This document shows, piece after piece, positions 54,282-64,000 of a stretch of DNA of 64,000 nt. The notes under the pieces are model-generated. The model was not told the origin of the DNA, searched no databases, and was given only the letters and a program-made list of their open reading frames with translations. Each line of letters begins with the position of its first letter. The first letter of the stretch is position 1. Origin of the DNA: Octopus vulgaris (taxonomy: Eukaryota); the NCBI GenBank assembly GCA_951406725.2, contig OX597819.1, forward strand, positions 26,660,001 through 26,724,000, given 5' to 3'. The translations under genes were made by a program, and so were the position numbers.

Positions 54282-57034
54282 GTTTAGACTCAGATGAACC
54301 TTGGATCAAGAAGCCAAATATTCAATGGTACTCAAGTTGTAATCTCCCCATCGTAGACCCAGGAAAAATATAATATCTTAGGAGTATTTTAGCTATTTAG
54401 ATCAGTAGGTTAAGCTTTGAAAGAGATGTGGCTATCGCCTATGGTTTCCGCGGCTTTCCCCCGATTTATTTACAGTTGGCACTGAGTTTCCTGTTGTCTT
54501 TTGTTTACCCTAAAAGCACAATACTTTCATAATCTTTATGCAGAGGAGATTATTACTAGAACTATTATAGATTAATAAAGCTGAATCAGAGTACAATGTC
54601 TTGGTCATCTCAGAGGACGTTGACGACGACCAGCACCGGCATTGTTGACAATCTATTTTGTTGACGGCTCAATTCACAGATCAGAATAGTGCCAATAGCC
54701 TTTCTTATGCCTTTTCAATTGTTGATGTTTGCACTTCTTAAATTTAATTCATAAATTATAAATAGGGAAATGGAATGCATTCTTGTATGCTTCAATCCGA
54801 GAGAATATTTATGTAAAATGATGTATATATCATAATTGCGTTTATTTGATATGTGTCCTGAGTGTATTTTGGGATTATTCAAAGACACAAAATTTCATAA
54901 TACTGTCTTCCGAAGTTTTGCGTATATTAATACTTCACGCCTAGTTTAATGTGTCAAAATATGCGGTGCATGACACCAATGAAAATAATTAAGAACAGGT
55001 TTATTTGAGAGAAACACTATGCAGTAAGATCTGCGAAGTAAAGAAAGATGATCAATGTTACCGTATGGTGTATACAATAGTAACGACTTAAAGTATATTG
55101 CCTCGTCCGGCCCTGACTTACTTATTTATATTATTTACTTTTATATTGAAAACATATTAAGTTCAAAGCAGTTGACGACGTCATTACAAAATTGATAACC
55201 TTTATGTTATCGGACTTCTTCCTAAATAATGATCACTCGATGATTTTGAGGCAGTTTTTAAAAAGAAAATACAAAAAGATAAGTTTTATTCAGATTTTAA
55301 ATACAGGTTTTAAATACTGGAATTATTCAGCATATTGTTTGTTTGACATTTACTATGCTTGCCAGTTATTATCTTCCTATTGCCACATTTTCCTTTTTAA
55401 ACTGATGTTTTCAAACACGAAATGTAAATACTACGTGCGATGATCAATTAAATGTGTGCGTTCAAGTTGTTCATGCTTAAACTGCAAAAAGCCAGAGAAA
55501 ATTACCATATATTAACATGTATTATTTCCGACAAGTTCAATGCAATCTGCTAGTAAAAATCACTAATTACAGAGTTGGCACTTCAATTTCTTCATGTGTG
55601 TTTACCTAACTCTCAAACACTCAAGCCTGTTAAGAGGACCAAAGTAGAAGGGATGCTAACCTGAATAGATTCTATCATAAAAGCGTGATTTATTATATAC
55701 TATTTTTCTTTTATCTGTCCTCATATATCTCTCTATGAGTATTTGTTTATCTCACGCTGTCGTTAACAACTCCTACCTCCCCCTCATTCTTGCTTTGCTT
55801 TTCTTCTCAGCTGTCTATCTAACAATGTTCCTGTCAATGACTCTATGCTTAAGATTTTCCAGGATTAGTATGATGCTATGAAAACGTTTTAAAGGATATA
55901 GGCTCCGAGTTTCAATCTATGTTTTGTAAAATTTTAATCGCATTGATCTCTGATCAATAAAATATATAACAATGATATACCATAGAGGACATTTTAACAC
56001 TTCTCTGCAAATATTGCTGTCGATTTGGATGTTGCGCTTTCGTACACAAGTACAAAAATACATCTACTAACACTTACCAATAGAGACACATGAGCTCGTA
56101 AGTACACACCTGTTTGTGCACTCTTTTATCCTTTTACCGGTTGCAAACAACAGCCACGAAACTCCAGCACTAGTTCCAATTATTAAGGCATTCGTAATGA
56201 TGCAAGTATTATTTTCAATCCTTTATTATTTATTCTCCAAACTTCAAAAGACCGTTATATTTTGGTGCAATTAGCCTTAATTCGACGTACTGTTTTAGAA
56301 ACCTTTATATAAACGCATACATATACACTCAGCGACTTTTCGCGTTAATGTTATACCTAAACGACGCTGGATCAAGCCCATAATCTTTAAAATATTTTGG
56401 TTTAGAGGAAAGATGTATCCATGGCAAAAATCGTTCTGTTTAAAATAAGGCGCCCCATTATATTTATTCCTTTATTTTGTTACTTTTTTTTATTGTTGCT
56501 GGACACCCTATTACTAGGATAGAATTAGACAATATAATGTTCATGAGTATCAAAAAGTAATTTATGAATTGGAGAAATTTTGTACAATACAAATTAGAGA
56601 GTTACCAGACCTCGGAGACATTTCCTATGCAACTATTTTAAAAGGTAATTTATATTTGACTTAGATAGCTGACAGGACACGTTAAAAGATTCTGGTTAGT
56701 ATACAGGATAATTGTGGCATTATGCCTCTTCTAGAGTCATTAAGTGCAAATATTCCACTATACTAAATCTGGAATCAAAACATAACCATTATTTATTGTG
56801 ATGCATATCAAATTATTTTAATACCTTTCACGAAAACATTTCTCATAATTGTCACATATAGTATTACAGTCAGTTATGGGTCTTCTAATGTCTCTATGGT
56901 AAACATCTGAACGAAATCTTTTGTTTGTTACTCGAAAACTGCAGCAGGGAATTTCCCTTCGTATCACAGAAAATTAAAGAGGGCTTCATAAGGACTGAAA
57001 TTTTACCTTAAATGAATAATTAGTAACTTTGGTT

Positions 57035-57185
57035 ACATCATCAGCCGCCTGGACTACTACTCCCAGCTATCGTCACCCCACAGTGTAAAATTAACAGCTG
57101 ACCTCAAAGCAATCCTTCGAAACTTCACAAAGAAGATCGTCTCATTACAATAGCTCAGCTACTGGGATAGGCTGAAACAGCCTAT
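57035..57185 (+). mobile_element. CR1/L2-group LINE ORF2 C-terminal fragment
   Basis: IISRLDYYSQLSSP...DLKAILRNFTKKIVSLQ*LSYWDRLKQ (cf. SRLDYCSQLWSP...LExVQRxFTKxI..L..LSYxERL). Confidence 0.8.
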
Positions 57186-57387
57186 GACTCAGGGAACTAC
57201 CACTTTTTAATATTCTCCTAAAGAGCCTGGGGTACATACACAAAGTGGATATAGGTGTTTTCAAATGGGGATAGCGACATGAAACTCCCTGATTCACCAA
57301 ATGTCACATAGCACAGGAGGCTCTCAAATATAAAAGTGTAGCAAAACAGCGGTGCTCCAGTATGGCCACACCTTTCAGCTGAAACTG

Positions 57388-57451
<64 letters not shown>

Positions 57452-57617
57452 ATCTTTTTTTTAATTTTTAATTTTTTTAATTTTTGTATTTTTAATTTTT
57501 TAATTTTTTTAATTTTTTAATTTTTGATTTTTGATTTTTTTGATTTTTTAATTTTTTTAAAAATATATATAACTATCAAAAAGTATTAAAAAGTTTAATA
57601 CAAGATAAAAAGTAAAA

Positions 57618-57713
57618 CCACTACGATCGTTTCATGCCCATACCCTAATTCGAATAACAATAATTTAAATTCAATGAATAATTCGAATCATGGTTATAGT
57701 CAATCTTCAGGTT
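57618..57713 (-). ncRNA. PLE-type hammerhead with long stem II
   Basis: Minus: AAC CTGAAGA TTGACTATAACC ATGATTCGAAT...ATTCGAATTA GGGTATGGGCAT GAAA CGATCG TA^ GTGG. Confidence 0.6.
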
Positions 57714-58108
57714 AATGATAAGATTTAAATAAATAATCAAATATATTTAAACAATATTTTTTAAAGAAATAAATTAAATAATAATTTTTTTTATAAAAAA
57801 ATCTATTATCAAACTAGAAACTTTAACGATTATGATTATGTCATACAATCGATTATAATGTTAAATATTAATTTTTAAGTATTAATTTTTAAGGTAAGAA
57901 ACCCACAAATAATCTAATCTCAGTTATAGTCAATATCTAATTACCTAAATATTTTACAAAAAAAATGACTATTCTTATTATTAAATATAATTTCAAGTCA
58001 AATAATTATATAATATTGGAATAATAACTAAATTATCAATGAATACATATAAATGTATATAAATATAAGAATTAAGATCTAAAATTCTCTCTATCAATAA
58101 ATATATAT

Positions 58109-58784
58109 CTAATGTAGGATAAAACTTTTTTCGAAAAAAATTATTTTCCCAAAAAAATGTTATCAATGGCCAACATATTAAAAAATACCTTTAAAGGTTA
58201 AATTTATAAACAATTCATAAATAAGGGCAAACGAAAAAAATTATAATGTCAAATATGCGGAAAAATTGGACATATTGTCCATTACCCATATAATTTTTTC
58301 ACAATACGCACGCTACTCGAAAAAAGGTCGACAGAAATTTCTAAAAAATCCATTATTACCATGTCGGACCGATTTCAGGGTTAGCTTATAACAGCCCTCC
58401 CTTCGTCAGTGATACATGTGGCAAAAGAAATAAATGAGATACTTACTCATACCCATGGAAGAAGCAAACACTAATTCATGAGCACAATTAAGTACCCCAA
58501 ATACATCCAAAATAGAAATACTCCAGCTCATTCGAGACACGTGCGATTTGAACTGATGTTCTCACAGAGTGAAAGAGTCCGGAAGTGAACGCATAAATCT
58601 TATGTAAGATAAAATTTTTTTCGAAAAAAATTATTTTCCCCAAAAAATTTTATCAATAGCCAGCATATTAAAAAATACCTTTAAAGGTTAAATTTATAAA
58701 CAATTCATAAATAAAGGCAATATGTCCAATTTTTCGGCATATTTGGCATTAGCAATTTTTTCATTTGCCCTTATTTATGAATTG
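58109..58784 (-). mobile_element. Non-coding PLE/retrozyme-like cassette with direct and inverted repeats, flanked by a 19-bp duplication
   Basis: Direct repeat 58112-58230 / 58602-58720; inverted repeat 58210-58277 / 58718-58785; TCTATCAATAAATATATAT at 58090-58108 and 58785-58803. Confidence 0.72.
58360..58418 (-). ncRNA. Type I hammerhead ribozyme, intact core
   Basis: Minus: CATG ta TCA CTGACGA AGGG agg GCT gttata AGC taa CCCT GAAA TCGG TC^ CGA CATG. Confidence 0.8.
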
Positions 58785-59074
58785 TCTATCAATAAATATA
58801 TATGCCCGTATAATAAAGACCTAATAAATTAATTATTCATTATTACTTATAAATATATTAAAAGATTAAAGATGACAAAGCTAATTGTAAACAAACAAAC
58901 AAACTATCTTAACAGAACGCTATAACTAATTAACGATCCATATATCTAGTTGGCTAATTAATAACTTACAAAAACCGTATAGTTAAGAACTAAAATAATA
59001 TATATGTATATATATGTATGTATATATGTATGTATATATGTATGTATGTATGTATGTATATATATATGTATATA

Positions 59075-59113
<39 letters not shown>

Positions 59114-59138
59114 GTATATATATGTATGTGTGTGTGTA

Positions 59139-60480
59139 CAGCCTTGGTCAAAAGTATTATGCCATCCCAATGTTTTGGGGTTCTGCTATCTCAATGTTAA
59201 TGAAACCCGTGCACATGGTATATTATGGTATATTTCACAATATACATTAGTTTTAATATCTGGTTGACCCCCCTTTAGCATCAAATACCGCTTTTATACG
59301 GTTAGGCATTGAATCAACTAGTTTCTCGCAGGTGCTAAGTGCAATTTTACTCCATTCTTCTCTCATCTTTTGTTACAAATGTTCTTTAGTTTTAATTGTG
59401 TTTCTGATAGGTTCATAAAGAGTTCCCCATACCTGTTGTATTGAATTCAGATCGGAAATTTGAGCCGGCCACTCCATGGGAACAATACCCTGTGTCTCAA
59501 ACCATTGACGAGTATTCTTTGCTGTATGACATGGAGCGTTGTTCTGTTGAAAAATAACACTATTTTTTGACACTTCTGGATGCAATTTAGCAATTGATGG
59601 CTCTAAAACATCCAATAACATAGAAACATAGGTAGCTGAATTCATCCATCCCTGACATAAAAACATTTCTCCGGGTCCTGTGCAGGACCGCACCATGATA
59701 GAACCACCCCTATGTTTTACGGTTGGTACCAGACATTCAGACTTAAATGCTTCCCCAAATCTGCAACGCACGAAAGTTTCACCAGATGTTCTGAAAACCT
59801 GAGTAAAAGCATGAAAAATAATATTAGGTTTATGTTGGATACTTTTTAATATATATTTTGGGCAACAAACCAGTTTCATTAAGTCTATATGTTGATTGAA
59901 TACATGTACGATCTTACCTGATAGTTAATTTCATCAGACCATATGACTTTCGACCATTGCTTCTGGTCCAATTTGAGTGGTTTTGGGCCCATTGAAGACG
60001 TTTTCCCATATTCGCTTCAGAAGCCGATGGCTTCGACCTGGCCTTACAGCCTTTTCGACCATACTCTACAAGTCTTCTAACAGTTCTGGTTGATATTTGT
60101 AAAGTACTTGATTCGTCGAAGTCTGCACAGAGCTCTGACGATGTTTTTCTCCTGTTTCTGAGTGACTGACAGATGATGGATCAATCATCTCGAGGTGATG
60201 TAACCTTTTTTTATACCTGTTCTTTGACTCTTTCGTTCTTTGTCGCTTTCGCATCTTTTGTATTCCTGAAGCAGTTGAGAGTCGTTTGCACCGCACTTCG
60301 AGAACATTTCATCTTCTGAGCAATTTGCCTTTGATATATTCCATCTTCATGATGAGCTACGATTTGACTTCCATCACACTCACTCAACTCCCTTATTTTA
60401 GACATATATATTAACTATATAGACAACGTATTTTAGCAGAAAACTCTGAAATAATAAAGGTAACTTAAGTTAATTTTGGA
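59139..60480 (-). mobile_element. Tc1-family transposon with an intron-split, frameshifted transposase (ATG 60405, stop ~59253)
   Basis: TA|CAGCCTTGGTCAAAAGT end. Motifs MSKIRELSE..., WSKVIWSDEINYQ, VKHRGGSIMV, FQQNNAPCHTAK, WPAQISDLNSIQ and SMPNRIKAVFDAKGG. GT-AG intron at 59917-59799. Confidence 0.9.
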
Positions 60481-60518
60481 CGTTATGCCAATACAGTATA
60501 GAAGAGTTAATTGATGCT

Positions 60519-60570
<52 letters not shown>

Positions 60571-60621
60571 AACAGAGGAAATTTATCTATAAAATAATAT
60601 GTTACATTTACTCAATAGTCA

Positions 60622-60684
60622 AGATAAAACTCTGAGTTTCAGATACCGAAGTGGAAATCCACAACACCATCTCTTCGGTTATCT
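60622..60684 (-). ncRNA. PLE-type hammerhead (core CCGAAGA)
   Basis: Minus: AGATAA CCGAAGA GATGGTG tt GTGGA tt TCCAC tt CGGTATC t GAAA CTCAGAG TT^ TTATCT; perfect 6-bp stem I. Confidence 0.7.
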
Positions 60685-61029
60685 GGCCATCTCCATATAC
60701 ATGTATGTATATATATTCAGCAGCCCTTGTATATACATATGTATTCCTATCGATATATATATAGAGAGAGAGAATATAAATAATATACAAATATATGCAT
60801 ATAAGCATATATGTTCATACCTACATATATCTGTATATATACATGCATATATTGGTACAGGACATAATGAAAAACGAGAACATAAAAAGCAAAAACATAG
60901 AAAACGAAATTTTTTCGAACAACGAAAGAAACAAACAAACAGGGAAACGAGACAGGCAACATAAAAACATTCCCTTCATCAGTTGTCCCCTCTCTTATCT
61001 ACTCTGCGTTCATTTTGAGTTTGGTCTCT

Positions 61030-61945
61030 TTCAGAGCTTTCCTAAATCTACGGGCTAGTTCTCCATGTGTCTGCTGTGGCCTCTACAAACATCGCTCCTT
61101 GATATTTGTCCGTTTTATACCACGTGATTACCCTGTTTTCTTTGTCACAAGCTCTTTGTATTCTACTCCAGTCGTTGGATCCATTATATATAATGTTATC
61201 TTACTTCTTTCTAGCGCCCCTGTATACTCGAACCCTATCTTTCTGATCATTTTGAGAGAATTGCATGCGGTGCATGAAATTCTGTACACGTTTCATAGGG
61301 TTTGCATAGTGGGGACACGTTGTTCATTATCCTAACTAGGTCTGCTATCAGTATGTTAATTTTCCCGCTGTGTGACAAAGCTATGGGTTTCATGTAATAG
61401 GATTGGAGGAACATCACTGTGTTATTCACAGTCTCTAATCAAAATTCATTATGAAGTACGGCGAGTCAATTGTAGGTGTGCTCAGTGCGGTAATCTCAAG
61501 TTACCTTGATACTTTGGTGGAAAGAGTTAGCTAATTGCTGGATGCTCTCCATTTTGTAAAGTAAAAGTGTTGTGGACTGTTCTGATTACGTTTTCTGTCC
61601 AACCAGGTCATGAAGAACCCGACATCTCCAGCTATACCGACACCAATGGCTGCACTTTGGACCTGCATGTATAGTTTCTTGTTAAAGTTTAATATGTGGT
61701 TCTCCAAGGCGATTCTTAAGCTAGCTTCAATTGCATGTGGAATCATTCTTTTCACTCTAGCGCCCTACAGTGCTTTTCTTCACCACTAAGTTGGTCATTG
61801 ATGGTCTTCCCCTCTGTGACCTGGTGGGGCAGAATCTACTGAGGTCATGATCGTCTAGATAGTCCCTGTTGTAGCTAAGTCTAAGGAGGAGGCCCAGTTC
61901 CCTCGTGTTGACTTCACGGAACTCTACTTCAGCCTCACAGATTGT
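61030..61945 (-). mobile_element. Penelope-like reverse transcriptase/thumb/linker remnant
   Basis: Minus frames: [17 protein letters not shown]...FCPTRSQRGRP, ENHILNFNKKLYMQVQSAAIGVGIAG, SYYMKP, KINILIADLVRIMNNVSP, FMHRMQFS and WYKTDKYQGAMFVEAT. Confidence 0.8.
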
Positions 61946-61953
61946 ATATATAA

Positions 61954-61996
<43 letters not shown>

Positions 61997-62057
61997 CACA
62001 CACACTTACATGCATATATACATACATACAAACATACATACGTACATACATACATGC

Positions 62058-62098
<41 letters not shown>

Positions 62099-62854
62099 CA
62101 TACATTCATATGGTGTCAGGCGATGAAACAAATTATTTTCCACTTTGCGTGTATTATTAAATACACACAGCAAAAACACACACATGCATTTATGAACCAA
62201 CCTAACCCAAGGTATTTAACATGATTCTAATACAAACGTCAGATCATTATACTAAAACGCACTAAAAATGTTACTGACTAATAGTAATAATGATAAAAGA
62301 ATAAGCATAATTGTGTGGTATACTCCAATGATGATAAAGTTGTCCTTACAGTGAAGACAAAAAAAATAAAACGTTTAAGATGCATAATATGCATTAGGGT
62401 GCATATACGTAATTATATACATGTGTACATATAATATTATATATACTTGTATACACGTGTTAGTAGACATATGCACGCATACACAAATATATATGTGTAT
62501 TGTATATATATAGACACACATTTATAGCCAGATATGTAAGTATATGTGCAAACATTTCCACGCACGCACATGCAGACACACATGCTTGTATGAGGCATCA
62601 TAAAGAGGGTGAGCGAAGTACAAAACCCAAATTGGAAAGATCAAAGTTATTGAAAATAAGTACATCGATTTATCGATTTGACTTGCACATATTTGTGTAT
62701 GTATGTGTGCATGCGTGTGTATGTGTGTGTGCATGCGTGTGTATATGTACTGCCTACGTATTTTTTGTAACTTATTTCATATCATGCATATTATATACTT
62801 CATACAGCGTATATATATATATTGGACCTGATTTATAAATATATATATATATAT

Positions 62855-62856
<2 letters not shown>

Positions 62857-62886
<30 letters not shown>

Positions 62887-62950
62887 GTAGGTAGGTAGGT
62901 AGGTAGGTAGGTAGGTAGGTAGGTAGGTAGGTAGGTTGGTAGGTAGATAG
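62857..62950. repeat. (GATA)n/(GGTA)n microsatellite
   Basis: Directly visible. Confidence 0.9.
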
Positions 62951-63440
62951 ATGTATATGCGTCTATATATGTGTAAAGGTATATTACCTGTGTGTGTGTG
63001 TGCATAAATATATATGTACGTATACATGTATAAATCTTTATGTACACACACATATATATGTATGCATATATATGTGTGTATATGTATGTAGATATATATT
63101 TGCATATGTATATGTTAATATATATATATATATAAATATATATATGTATGCGTATATATATATATATATATATCGCACGACTATGCTGCACCTTCCGTAT
63201 GTGTGTGTATGTTGAATTTTTATATGTGAAATATAATGTTCTCTATTGTATTTGATGTTCTCTAATATTCCATTAATAATCCTAAAATATACACTGAAAT
63301 GCGTTAGCCTTAACAAGATAAAATGAAATCTAACTTTGAACCCATCCCACGTCGCTCTTATACATAATTCATAATTCTTGAGACAGAAGCTTCCTTTATA
63401 CTTCCTTTCTCTACATGTTTTTAAAATTTTTACATGTTAC

Positions 63441-63498
<58 letters not shown>

Positions 63499-64000
63499 GA
63501 TAATTAAACTATTTGTTATATATTTTGCATTGCTTTTGAAAGCATGTTTCTAATTTTTTACTAGTATTATAAATGTTTTAAATTTTGTACTGTTATTTTA
63601 TTGTTGCTGTATTATTTATCATCCGAGTTTTGTCATGGACAATGCTAAGGTTGTCAGCTACTTTCACTAGTAATCATAGTAATAACATAAATTATTATTA
63701 TTGTTATTATTATTATTATTATTATCATCATCGCAGTTTTTATTATTTTTTTCTAGTGCAAAATAATTCGTTTTGTTTATTGATTTAATCTTTCTTTCAC
63801 TCAATGCTTTGATTAAAAATATTTCTCCCAGTCAGAGATTGTCAATGATGTCTTGACAAATGGAGACTATGTAATTAATGAAATATCAAAGTGAAGATTT
63901 TCCAAGATAAAAAAAAACTTCTATTCTTAGATTGGTACACTTTTTATTGAATTAATTACATATTTAGTCTAATAAGTTCACATGGTATCTCCATATTCAT

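Noticed and set aside
60940-61012. Minus-strand CTGATGAAGGG hammerhead half
   Set aside because: No correctly placed GAAA and stem III was found in this copy; at most a truncated pseudo-LTR.

Overview
AT-rich, microsatellite-dense animal genomic DNA, most likely from an octopod cephalopod. This is inferred from the tRNA-derived SINE families and very long (TA)n/(TACA)n tracts. Almost all ORFs in the supplied track are artefacts of simple repeats. The only host-gene sequence I can support is one 45-nt exon (27101-27145, +) encoding DLDDINADCLHLDIW, which resembles the C2A domain of BAIAP3/Munc13-4/staccato, so the whole window is probably intronic. The rest is decayed transposons: Tc1 DD34E copies (one with a GT-AG intron), a rosa DD41D copy, a mariner, hAT MITEs with 8-bp TSDs, CR1/L2, L1/Tx1 and RTE LINE fragments, at least three SINE families, and many Penelope-like element (PLE) pieces. 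The most striking signal is about a dozen hammerhead-ribozyme (HHR) motifs of several PLE-type families. Some sit in unusual settings: in the loop of a ~135-bp inverted repeat, behind a perfect 24-nt antisense copy of their own cleavage site, or inside a TSD-flanked direct+inverted-repeat cassette. All folds and translations were done by eye; no database searches or folding programs were run.
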